This document shows, piece by piece, positions 1 to 11,500 of a DNA stretch of 64,000 nucleotides. The stretch is taken from contig CP075492.1 in assembly GCA_021613535.1 (NCBI GenBank), positions 3,224,001 to 3,288,000 of the forward strand, read 5' to 3'. The translations under genes and the position numbers were made by a program. The notes below the pieces were generated by a model. That model searched no databases. It was not told the origin of the DNA and saw only the letters and a list, made by a program, of their open reading frames with translations. Position 1 is the first letter of the stretch. The number at the start of each line of letters is the position of its first letter. Source of the DNA: Adineta vaga (lineage: Eukaryota > Animalia > Rotifera).

Positions 1-246
1 CACGATGTTTATACACCTCCCGAACACTTTCATCATGGTTCACCTTTCAATTCAACAAAGTATAAGATCAAGACAGTCCTACAATGTCGAGTAAAACCTG
101 AATCTTTTCGAAAATGTCGAGAAACACTCGGCTTTAACAATATAATCATTGATCAAGATTTTAATAACAATGAAGTCGAATGGGTGGTATCCGATAAGAC
201 AGCAGTTGTTCCATATGGTCTTCTCATTGGCATTTTTCCTGAATAA
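1..246 (+). CDS. 3' end of a gene encoding a NEURL4-like C-terminal ADP-ribosyltransferase-fold domain (partial, begins before the window)
   Basis: Frame 1 is open from base 1 to TAA at 244-246: ...KTVLQCRVKPESFRKCRETLGFNNIIIDQDFNNNEVEWVVSDKTAVVPYGLLIGIFPE*. The QCRVKP...IDxxFxNxExEW...PYGLLI pattern resembles the NEURL4 C-terminal ART-like domain. Not in the ORF track. Confidence 0.65.
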   Translation, partial: HDVYTPPEHFHHGSPFNSTKYKIKTVLQCRVKPESFRKCRETLGFNNIIIDQDFNNNEVEWVVSDKTAVVPYGLLIGIFPE

Positions 247-672
247 ATGAATATTTTCATCTTGAAAGTGAGAGTGTGGATGTCATAAGAGAAATATAAG
301 TCACACTCACCCTCTAAATTTCGTGTTGACTCGTCTACTTAATTCTATTCATGTTTTATTAAAAATTGTTCTTGAATTTCGATTTGAATCATATTCAAAA
401 TTCACACATTTTTTACACAGCGATGTGCAACTGTTCATAAGAATCTGTTGTAGATTGAAAGACTGAAAGAGAAAATTTTAACTGGTTTATATTAATTATT
501 TTCAAAGTATTTATATCTCATTTCCTCAACTGCATTTCTTTAGAAAATAATATTTCATAATTAAAATGTATATGTATTTAATAGATCAAAAAAACAATTA
601 TTTTCTTTTTTCTACTGTATAACTCTAATTTTTCATCGCCGCGCAAGAATTTATATCTAATAATCATAAAAT

Positions 673-1662
673 ATGAAGTATCTTTACGAATATCTATTTA
701 ATTTCAGGTAAAAATCTTTCAATTTAAAACATTCGAATCTATATGTTTGTTTTCTCTTTCTATAGTAATCCAACGAGTTTATCAATTATTACAGATACTC
801 AATATTGGTTTATTCCCCTGGATATTTTTCGAATAATTTGTTTAATTTTTACAATTCTTCTTGGGATAGGTTTTTCAATACTTGTCATTGTTGATAAAAC
901 ATGTCATACAATTTCCATAATGTTAATATCAAATACATGTTTAGCTCAATTATGTCCAGCAATCAATACACTTCTAATGGTTATATTTACATTACGAAAT
1001 GATCTTCAACAAATTCAATATCAAGATACATTTTGTATGCTTCGAGGTTATTTTACAAATGTATTCTTTGCAGCGACATATTATTCTTTACTTTTTCAAG
1101 CTGTTTATCCAACTCGTTATTATTGTCAACGACGAAATATGCAATTATTTTTCATTATTTTTTCATGGTTATTAAGTTTGTCATATTATTTAATATTGAT
1201 TTTTAAAAAAGATATGGTCTATAATACTGAAAGTCATATATGTCAAGCCATTGTTCAACTTTCTCTTATGGCCCTTTATATTGTATCAAGTATTTATATT
1301 ATTCCCGTTTCAATAATAATGTTAATTTATTTGAAATTAATTCGATTTGTTAAACAAATGTGTAAACGAATTGCACATGAAAATACTTTACATCGCGAGC
1401 AAAACGAGAATTGAAATTAATTCAACGCATTGTTATTTTAATTGCTATATTATTAACAGGTGGTTTGCCATATACTTATATTGTTTTTAAATCATTCATT
1501 AATTATCCTCCAAAGTATCATTTTCGAATAGCTTATATATTTCTTGATGCAACATTACCATTTGTTATGATCGTGATGTTTCTATTTACAAAACCATTGA
1601 AAGATGCAGCAAAGAAATTAATCAATAGACGATATAATACTACAAGAACATCGATGGGTTGA
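673..1662 (+). pseudogene. Divergent rhodopsin-like (class A) GPCR, frameshifted
   Basis: ATG at 673, 58-nt GT-AG intron 708-765 joining in frame to ORF 743-1414. TM helices continue in ORF 1411-1662 (TM6 GGLPY, TM7). Frameshift at ~1395 (cat cgc gag instead of the expected H-R-A-K-R-E-L-K). The end of TM3 (FQAVYP) also appears to lack the usual YRY segment. Confidence 0.7.
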
Positions 1663-1915
1663 ATGATTGAAAAATAATGTGATTCTTTTTTCTATTAGTT
1701 ATTCTACTAATTTGATTAGTTTTAACAAGTATTTTCAACAGCCATTTATTTTCGTTTGTCTCTATTAATCTATTTTCTGTACACGTACATGCTTTATTCT
1801 TTTCTCAAATGAATCTGTACAGCATGTATTTCCTAGATCATCCATTTCAATGAATCAATAGTCAAGATGAATACGAACGATTTTAGATAAATCTTACAAT
1901 TTCTTGAATATTTAT

Positions 1916-2429
1916 TTATTGATTAGTGGCATTGCAAACACACAAATCACCAACAGAAGAAACAATGTTATTCTCACTCGAAATATTATCACCAACAAAA
2001 ATGAAATCATGACTAGTCTTAACAGTAAGACTAAGACCAGCACAGAAAGCAACATTATGAACAACATGATGACCACCAAAGATAGGATCATCATAAGTAT
2101 TACCAGGACCACGACTAATACTAGTACACGTTGCATCATTTTCACGCTCATAATGTTTCCACATACGACCACGACGCCAGCGCTTCCAATCATCGTTACC
2201 CCAATTCTCGTAATTCTGTATCCAGTTCCAAGTTGCCACATCGCCGGTAAAACACCAATCACGACATTTACCGCACGTCAGACAAGTACGACCGCTACAA
2301 GACAGTTTCTTTACATCTGTTGCTTGTTGAATTCCTATAGTTTACAAATATGTTTTCTTGTATTAGCAGAATTATACTTAGACGTAAAATATGTTGTGTG
2401 GTCTTACCTTTTGCTTCACTTGTTGCCAT
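1916..2429 (-). CDS. Small (146 aa) Cys/Trp-rich protein, putative Zn-binding, 2 exons
   Basis: Exon 1 2429-2408 (MATSEAK), GT-AG intron 2407-2335, exon 2 2334-1916; total 441 nt in frame. Protein ...KLSCSGRTCLTCGKCRDWCFTGDVATWNWIQNYENW...DATC...LCVC extends ORF 1916-2239. Confidence 0.75.
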
Positions 2430-3283
2430 GTCTAATCAGTCTGAAAACTAGTCGAATCTTAAATATCTGAAAAAAATCAACATAGATAAACACTCTCAAG
2501 AACGTACGTATATGAAAAGAAGTCGGTCGTTTCTAATTCGACTAGGAACCAAATAGAGATTCTGATGATTTTTGAAGGATTCATGCCTTCGTTTTTTTCT
2601 TCTTCTTAATAATCATATCGTTCTGATACAAAACACATGCTTATATACTCGTCTGTCAAAGAAAAGGATAGAAAAGATAATTAGGACAACTACAGTACTA
2701 TGTGTACAGTGTATGCAATCGAGAACAGTTAAGCTTCATGTTTTATATGATTTGCTTCAGAGTCACAGTTGTTCATCTCTGTTATAATACTGAACAGAAA
2801 AGTATGCAGTGCGGTGGTGATTAGTCAACATACCAAATATACATAATCCTATTCTGAAATAGACAAACTATACTGTCGCATGCTTGGAATGAAAATTCAG
2901 TCCTAAATCGTGCAATTCATTTCACAGAGAAACAAAAGAAATTATATTACGATATCTTCTGCAAATGGTATCCATTGATATTCTCACTATTTATATGCGT
3001 TACATTCGTGTACTTGCATAATACTTACTCACGATAAATATCCTAGATGTAAGAGGAAAAAACCGACATTATAAAGATAAAAACACACTGAAAATAGAGA
3101 AACAGAACGTGTAATGTAAAAAACTATTGTAAGTAGAAGGAAAATACTCCGAGTATCGCTGCATGTTATAGTGTCATAAATGGAAAAATATTCGTTATTG
3201 AAATGATTTTACACTCATTATTATGTATGTACGGAACAATGAAATAGAATCGTAATACAGGTATATTAAATGTCAATTTACGA

Positions 3284-3592
3284 CTAAAAACTGGATAGAA
3301 CGACGTGTGGAATAGAGAGAGAGAGTGCATCCTTGCCCATTGTGCTGTATATGTTGCGCATTGCTTCCGTTGCTTTGCGACCCGAACGAAATTCATGAAG
3401 CAGAAGCATTCGGAGCTCCCTTCGTGATATATTCATTTCTAATTCGAGATCAACATCCATTCGCATAATTTTATTTTTATTCGAAAGACATTTGTATCCC
3501 CCATATATACTCTGAGTATAAACTTCTAGAAATTTCTCGACTGTGCAAGGAAATTTGAGAAAAAAACGCAAAAAATTTCTTGCCAATCTAAT
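3284..3592 (-). mobile_element. Truncated mariner (Tc1/mariner) relic: 5' TIR-like end plus transposase HTH
   Basis: ISRRELRMLLLHEFRSGRKATEAMRNIYSTMGKDALS is a mariner N-terminal HTH (Mos1/SETMAR-like). It frameshifts in a (GA)n run at ~3315. The upstream sequence TTAGATTGGCAAGAAA resembles a mariner terminus. Confidence 0.75.
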
Positions 3593-4236
3593 AATTTCTT
3601 CATAACCACAGCAGAAAATAACCGAGGTAAATTTCAGAATGTTAGGGATGAAGATTCACCCACTTTCATCTCTAACTATTGCGGTCATCTAACTCAATTA
3701 GAGTGAGAATTTGAACAAAGGCGTTTTGAGGCTTCTTGTCACTTCTCGGTCGTTATAGGCTAATCACAACTTTGTTGTTCGAATCATTCTTTCTTACATT
3801 ATGCAGGTAGACTAGATCGCGTCTCAATCCAACATCACTTTGTGGAAACGATTGGCATAAATTGATCGTTGATTTCTTTTGCTCTACTTGATCCAAGGAT
3901 TATTTCATGTATCTTGATTTTACCTTTATTATGACGTGTGACACACTGTCTTTATCTTTGTTCTTGAATATAAATAATGTCTTTATATTTATTATAAACG
4001 AATAAAGATTTCCTTTATATCTATTATTTATAATAACGATTCATAAATATATATTAACACTCCTAATCCTTCCAGGATTTCTCAAGGAACGAATAGGATT
4101 GAGACTGGGAATGCTTGGCTTAAATGAACTTTCATGCTTGTTTGCATATTTCTCAATAAAAGGAATTTATTCTGGTATATTTTTGTTGAGCAACATCAAA
4201 ATGACGAAAAGAAAGTGCACGAAAATTAATTTTAGT

Positions 4237-4641
4237 TCATTTTTTCGATTTAATGCCGGTACTAACACCGAAAACTTTTGTCGTTTGCACCGGAGCATGG
4301 GGCATATTCGCGGTCGCATCGTTGCAATTGTTTCGCAGCGCTGAATATTGACCATTGTTCATCATTCTACCTACCGTTGTGCCTGGTTGATAGGAGGGAC
4401 CAGCATTTTGCCAGTTAGATTTTTTCATATTTGATGCCGGTGTAATGATCGTTGGATTACCGGCTGGTGTCGTGAATGTCGGTCCTGGACCTTTGTGAAT
4501 CAGATACTGGGATCCATCAGCTAGAGTCACTCGAGTACCACTGTGACTGGCAAACGGAATCGACTTGCTGCCACCCGACGACGACATATTGCGACTGACA
4601 GCCTGTGCAGAGACAACTTTTTGGTTAAACAGATGGTTCAT
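4237..4641 (-). CDS. Small intronless protein with a permuted papain-like (NlpC/P60; LRAT/PPPDE-like) His...His...NC motif order
   Basis: 134-aa ORF with SHSGTRVTLADGSQYLIHKG ... GQYSALRNNCND. His near the N-terminus and YxxxxNNC near the C-terminus is the order seen in permuted NlpC/P60 enzymes. Confidence 0.6.
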   Translation of the reverse strand: MNHLFNQKVVSAQAVSRNMSSSGGSKSIPFASHSGTRVTLADGSQYLIHKGPGPTFTTPAGNPTIITPASNMKKSNWQNAGPSYQPGTTVGRMMNNGQYSALRNNCNDATANMPHAPVQTTKVFGVSTGIKSKK

Positions 4642-5096
4642 GGCCTTAATTTATTTCAGATATTATCAAATGAAATAACACCTTGCATACGTTTTTATAG
4701 TTCTTGCGTCGGCGTCAGATCGGTTTTTCCAACATGATGAAAGAAGATATATTATTTCGCCGTGTTGTTTTACGTCAAAGAAAATTTTTTTTTATTACTT
4801 GCATGTTGATGTCATCACACAGTTTGATGCGACGACTTATTTCTTATCTTATGCACACAAACGGGTAACGCGATATTGTGCCACTTACTATGAGTATATA
4901 ACTTGATGGTAAAGGTGAGTCAGAGCTGTCGTAGTTGCGATTTCGACGATACTCAATAGATCTCATAACATGTTCATGTTGAACACCGCGACGGTCGTTT
5001 ACGACCGTATACGACGTCGACTCAGAGTTATATTCACCATAACTCCTCCTCATTATCCAAGCTGTTTCAACAACAAAAGAACTACTATTTGTTTCT

Positions 5097-5210
5097 CGAG
5101 GGTGTGGGCGAAGAAGAGACACTAACCCACACCCACCCTCAACTGGATAGGACGATGTGTGGATGAGGGTATAGTTAATATGTCTACCCTGAACCGTACA
5201 CCCTCACTCA
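5097..5210. repeat. Two adjacent telomere-hexamer hairpin elements
   Basis: GAGGGTGTGGG-(spacer)-CCCACACCCACCCTCAA at 5098-5142, followed by GTGTGGATGAGGGTATAG...CTACCCTGAACCGTACACCCTCACTCA at 5157-5210. Confidence 0.7.
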
Positions 5211-5656
5211 TATCTATCCTCAAGAGTTACATTTTTGTATTGACAATCGTGATATCAATTACAATTTCATCAAAACAATTGGTTTTTACAGATATTGAGA
5301 CATGTTTTCTAAGCTCCATATTGTTTCTCTTCTCGCAGTATCATTATTTGACACGGAAAAGAATTTATTAAGAAAAAAGAAGTGAAAGAGAATGGATTTT
5401 TCTTTTTTTTTCTTCTGCATCGGTAAGACGTAGTTTTTTTTTGATACGCAAAAGCTGGCACCATTATGAAAAAGTGTCGGTATGTGTATGGATGTTAGAT
5501 TTCAGTCATACACATTCTGGATATATTTACAACATTGAATAGTAAGACGAAATAAATCTATAAACTGATATATTGTAAATTCTCATACATATGTAGTTAC
5601 ATCGATACACTTTACTAAGACAACACTTGTATGCAAAGTTGAAGAGTGTTTTTTTA

Positions 5657-6651
5657 TTATGTTATTGTTCGTTTTTGCGAGACTGTATCACACATTGGTA
5701 AGACTGTATTAATTTGATTTGCCGGTCGCCAAAACAATATTCGATCTCTTATTGCTCGACGAAACTTTTGTGATGAAATGAAAAAGACATAACAAGTTCC
5801 CTAGAATAGAAGTTATTCATCAAAGTCTTACAAAATCAATATCATACCGCATAGTAACCATAATTCCACAAGGCAAACAATGACATCACAAAACTTTCAC
5901 GCATAATTCGAGTTGTATCTTTAGTTTCATTTTCAGTGATATAACTATATGTGACAATACTTGCATATGGAATTAAACAAGCATTCACAAGAACAACTTG
6001 AAATAATGTCATTCGCAGTATTTGTTGATCAGCATGTTGATTCGCAAGAGCTCTTATGGAATGTATATTACGATAAGTTAAATATCCAAACAGACTTGTT
6101 ATTGTAGCTGGAATCGTAGTCAGTAAACCGAGGAGAAATATCGATCTATATACCCCAAAAATGTTATTCGTGATTAGACAGGTTTTTTTTATAAGTGAAA
6201 TATCATAAAACAATGCCGGAGGAATTCCAAGAAGAATCCAGATAATCGTCATAATGCCAACTAAACGATGTGCCCATCGAATGTTGCTTAAACTACGTAG
6301 TTTTACATACCGTGATGTCACTAGAAATTGATCAATCATAGCCATACATGGACATGTTAATGCAATCATAGCGAGAGTATAGAGAAAGTAGTTTCGTGCT
6401 TTACACCAACTTGATGATGTTCGTGTTAAATCAATGCCATAACCTGTAGCAATACGAGAAGTAAGATTAATCATAATATAAGCAATGTTGAAAATTGAAC
6501 CAACAAAAAAATAAAATGTAGAAGGATTTGTACGATAAGAGCGAATAGTTGAAAATATGCAAACATTTATTGCATTTCCAAAGACACCAGTGACGAGAAA
6601 ACAAAAACCACCATAAATTGTAATTTGTTGACCGATGTAAGTCAATGACAT
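5657..6651 (-). CDS. Rhodopsin-like (class A) GPCR, 2 exons
   Basis: ORF 5842-6675 has GN in TM1, Cys before TM3 (WCKAR), IDQF at the DRY position and LIPY in TM6. An intron at ~5847-5802 leads to the last exon GTCYVFFISSQKFRRAIRDR...T*, with the stop at 5657-5659. Confidence 0.85.
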
Positions 6652-6808
6652 AATGATATGATTTATTTTCTTCAAATCAAGTGAATGACTGATGTTTTTC
6701 GGGAACCTTGAACTCTAATTAAATACTAACAACGAAGAAAACAAGAAAAATGTAAAAGTAAAGACTATCATCAAGTTTAGTCATAATATTTTGTTAATAT
6801 AAAATGTC

Positions 6809-7210
6809 CTAGAGGTCCCTGTGAGTAGTTCGGCTTTGGGATTAGCGAAAATTCGACTCACTAAAAGTCTTAAATTACTAATTGATTTAATTACTATCAA
6901 AAAGATCAATACTAAAAATAAAAAAAATATTACGAAAATGATGAACTGGCAAAATTAACTATGTGAAATTCATGAAATAATTGTCTGATAAACAACATTG
7001 TCTGTTACAGTTGTTTCATTATTTATTTTACCCTGTTTAGGAGTGTTTTTGACTTGAATGTTTAAATGATTAAATTCTGTCGCTCTTGAACATCCTGTAT
7101 ACAACTGACCGTGAGAAAAATAGGATTCTGGGTGATACAGACCAACTTTCACAAAAGTTTGGCCTTGAAACTTACTTATTGTGATGGTAAATGCAAGATG
7201 AACTGAAAGT
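6809..7210 (-). mobile_element. Helitron 3' relic (PIF1-type helicase C-terminus and possible 3' hairpin/CTAG)
   Basis: LAFTITISKFQGQTFVKVGLY..FSHGQLYTGCSRAT...TDNVVY matches Helitron helicase motifs V/VI and the terminal T.NVVY. Downstream are an imperfect GTGAGT...ACTCAC hairpin (~6821-6861) and CTAG at 6809-6812, though this CTAG is not followed by the expected T. Confidence 0.8.
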
Positions 7211-8022
7211 TTCTCTATTATAATATAGATTATGGATGTCAACGTGAGCACTTTTATTTTTTTATTGACTTAAAGACATAATGATTTTATTTTTAGTTCC
7301 GTGACGAACAACATTATTGTATGTTTGCTTTCAAGCAGTATTTATATTAATCTCTTGAGTACTATAGGATAAAAGACGTATACGCACTTCTTTTTTTGAA
7401 AAACGTCATCACGTAATTCATTACAATGTTTATGTAATCTCTTGAAAAGAATTGATGGAGAATATTCTAAACCCTTTCGAGATGTTTGTAGCAAAGAAAT
7501 CGTTGCTTTTACATCTATGTCTTTTGTTCGTTTCGTTACTCTGGTTGGTATACATTTTGAACACAAAACAAGAACACGGTTCTCTTCGAATTGACCGATG
7601 TAAGTTTTACGTACGAACGTCAACGATTTATAATTAGAAGAAACATCATTCACGCTAATCCTGCAAATTCCACATTATCAGAATCTTTCTAATCTACTGA
7701 AAAAGAATTTCTGTCTCCATCTATAGTGACAGCATTTACAAATGATCATCGGAACAAACCTATCACTAAATTGAATTAAAATTCAATACATCTTTGCCAA
7801 GAGAAACTGCTATTACAAACAATTCAAATTCAAATTTTCTAGGAAATATAGTGACGAATGATGATTAATATTCTAGCTAGCAATTCTATGAATCTTTTGA
7901 CAACTTATTGCGTAAAGATGAAAAAGTATAAAAGCAAAAACATTTAGAACATGAAAAGATGACAAAAAAAACGAGCGAAGGATAGAAGGAACTTTATTGA
8001 TGCTTAAATAAAACTTGATTCT

Positions 8023-8095
8023 CGAGGGTGTGAGTAACAAATATACCGATCAATCTCACCTAGACCCATCCTATCATCCTTACTGTTACTCACAC
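8023..8095. repeat. Telomere-hexamer hairpin element (degenerate)
   Basis: GAGGGTGTGAGTAACA at 8024-8039. GTGTGAGTAACA (8028-8039) is a perfect inverted repeat of TGTTACTCACAC (8084-8095). Confidence 0.6.
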
Positions 8096-8545
8096 GGTAC
8101 TTTCAACTGAAACATATAGGCATAGATAGAAAATTTTTATTTCGAATAATCAAAAAAGAAGAAGAAGTGAGGATGAAAGAGATAGGTGATTGGCCTTTTG
8201 ATCGTAGAATAAATCGCCTTGAAACATACAATAATGTAATATATTTGTACATCAGCAATTAATTTCATTTTTGAAGACTAGACTACTCTCTCAATATTTT
8301 CTTTTCATTTTTCATTGCTACTTTTGACAAAAATGAATAGTTGATGTATAAATATATTTAGCTATAAGATATAGAAGTATTGTTCACAATGATTTTTCCA
8401 TTCGGCAATTTTTTTCTACAATGAGAAGACATATCACTACTGAGAGAAAGAAATGAAATAAAGAATCATGTGGTTTCACATTAGAAATGTAGATGGAAAA
8501 AAAAGGTCGGGATTAATATGGAAAAGTCAGTTCAATTGGTCGGTA

Positions 8546-11500
8546 TCACATTTTGCTGAATTTTGAAACTCGAGCTCCACTATTGTCACTAACATATAAA
8601 TTAAGTTTAGCGTCTAATTTGACATCATATGGTGCAGCTAGAGTGGTGCCACCAGTACCAGTACCAGCAATAGTAATACCTACCGAATTACCGTTACAAA
8701 ATAGTTGAACTCGACTATTCGTACGATCAGCCACATATAAATTATTCCATTGATCCAATGTAACTGCCATTGGTGACTTTAATAGAGTTGCAGTATTTCC
8801 ATTACTTCCAGCAACACCCCCTATAACTGTACCAGTCGCAGCACCAACTCTCCATTTCATCACTGTAGAAGTGGCAGTAGCAGAATTAGCAATATATAAA
8901 TCTTGATTTGATTCATCATAATAAATACCAGAGGGACTCGCTAATTTATCCGTTGTATTACCTAACAAAGAAAATAAAAAGAACAAGCTTTTTATGTTAC
9001 ATGTGACAATAAGATAATAATACACAAATCAAAATTCTCTATGCTCTACACGGCAAGTTATATTCGTATATATATATATACCAGAGCTCCGCGGGACGAC
9101 CAAAAAGCCGTCCCGTCCCGCGTCCCGCCTCTCTTCGTCCCGTCCCGTCCTGTCCCGCTTTAGTTTCGATCGAGCGTCCCGTCCCGTCCCGTATTTTCAG
9201 CTCTCTTGTCCCGTCCCGTTCGTCCCGTCCCGCCTAATTTTATACTTTTTCAGTCTGAATAATTTATTTTAATTCTTAAGTATATTTAAGATACACCCAG
9301 TTCGAAAGTACAGAATATTGCTTTTGCTAATTTTCTGGCATGGATACGTAGAACTCATCGAGCTGCTCCGCGAGCTTTACAAAACTGTATATGGGGAAAA
9401 GTTTTAAATCTTTCTTATAGGTGAAATTTTGAGATGAAACCGTCTTTTTCCATATCTGAAAAAAACGAGTTTTTCGAGACATTTCGCTGTTTTTCAACAG
9501 TTCTGCTACTAAAATCATTTGAAAATAGTCTCATTCGATCCATCGTGACTAGTTACACTAGTTACATCTACTGGCACCAAATTTGATAAGTTTTCCTGAG
9601 ATCTGTGTGAACAAACGTTATTATGAAGGAAACAATTCTCGTCAAAAATCAGAATTAACATACCTACATAAAAAATCTATATAGGTCCGCCTGAAATAGC
9701 TCTTACTCGATGTTTTTGTATCATTTTGTTCATCATACTATAGAGAAAAAAGTTATGTATCGGTTTGTCGCGGGACACGGAAAAAAAGTATCGAATCCCG
9801 TCCCGTCCCGTTCAATGGGCAGTCGTGTCCCGTCCCGCTATAGCTCCAATTTTGTTGTCCCGTCCCGTCCCGCGGAGCTCTGATATATACATATTAACGA
9901 ACACTTATCAAGAAGCAAGTTTCCTCATAAGTAATTTAACGGAGGCTACCAAATACTTGAGTCCCTATCGATCTTTTTTCGATATGAATAATGAAAATCC
10001 ATATGCTAAAATAATGAGTTATTATAGAAATACTTACAAACGATTCTGGAGGAATGTATCCAATATATGAAATATGCTAACAAAAATCTTTTTTATTTTC
10101 TTATTTTATAATTTTTGTATTTCTTATTGGAGATATTATTTGGGTGAAGGGGAAACTGTTGAAATAGTCTATTAACACATTCCAAACACTATTTATTCCG
10201 AATTTATTAAAGTCTACTTCAACTGAAAAGTATCCATATCTCTTGCTTTTACAACATACCTTCTCATCGAACGTCAAACTTAATTTTCCACTATTCTTCT
10301 TACCTGATGAGCCTGCTACACCAGCAACAAGAACTCCAGCAGTTGCACCTGGAGCCCATTTCGTTACACGATGTAGTTGGTATTCTGCAACAAATATATT
10401 CAAACCGGAATCCACCCATATACCATATGGATAATATACTTGATTTAGTGAAGAACCGAACGATCCATTACCAGCCACCATAACACCACTGGAAGCACCA
10501 TTTGCCCAACGCATAACACGATTATTGTAAGTATCAGATACATAAAGATTTTGACTCCCGTCAACATATAAATAACGTATAGCGGTAGAAAATCGATCCG
10601 AAAACGAGGAATTTCCGGTTACATTTGTAATACCTGCTACAATAGTACCATTGGGAGCATTAGTGGTAACACTAAGTGAATGTCTTATAACACGATAGTT
10701 GCCACCGTCAGCAATATATAAGTTATTATTTGCTATGTCTATAAATAAGCCAGTTGGTGAAGATAATTGATTCAAACCAATATTTGATGTACCAGTGCCT
10801 AAGAGCATCAATATATATTTACTTTCATTTTTCGATGTCTTCATGTATTGTATAGAACAGATATATCATATCAAATGATAAAAATACATGTACTAATGAT
10901 GAATATGAGATTTGTTTTTGAAAATCATCAATTAATAATAATAGCTCTTCAAAATGTATTTTCTACCTTAAATCTATTAGAATCAATAAGAACTTTGCTG
11001 ATCTGTTGGTCTTTCTCTATTAGTGTGAAAAGTAAATATTTTTTCTATTGTTTATTTTCATTCTAATGTCACAATAAATAGTTCAACGATACTCTTCCAT
11101 ATATGACGCAATTTTTTGTATTCTTCGTATCAGATTACGTTCAAGTCCTAATTTGAGATTTGAAATTTAATTTTTTTTTGCAATCGAACAAAAAAGATAA
11201 AGAAAATCTTTTAGTACAAGCAATTTTTATCATACATTGATCAAGGTAGCGAAGAACCATCTTACTGGTGGGGATGAGTGATAGATAGATGTAGTACCCA
11301 CATCCACACCCTCAAGATCTGATTGTTTAATTTAATAAATTGATGAACTGAAGAGAAAGAGAATTTTAAGCTTCTCAAAAAAGATTAAAAACAAGTTTGA
11401 ACAAATTTCTTGAGGGTGTGAGTGTGAGTAATCAAAATAAACATTCATATCTTTGACTAGATCAGACTATAAGCTGGTTAAATCAAAATAAGATTGAATA

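Noticed and set aside
1904-2470. ORFs 1904-2470 (+) and 1912-2262 (-)
   Set aside because: Shadow frames of the spliced gene at 1916-2429, with low-complexity Thr/Ile or Val/Leu composition and non-ATG starts.
4991-5008. Perfect hairpin ACGGTCGT-TT-ACGACCGT
   Set aside because: A single 8-bp stem, probably a remnant of a transposon subterminal repeat; no element boundaries were found.
7440-7990. Possible decayed type II membrane (glycosyltransferase-like) gene
   Set aside because: A TM-like stretch and a GT donor are present, but I could not reconstruct a continuous frame or a diagnostic motif.
9327-10070. ORFs 9327-9518 and 9765-10070
   Set aside because: They lie in or overlap the MITE; the SRPVP repeats are translated GTCCC units and there are no transposase motifs.
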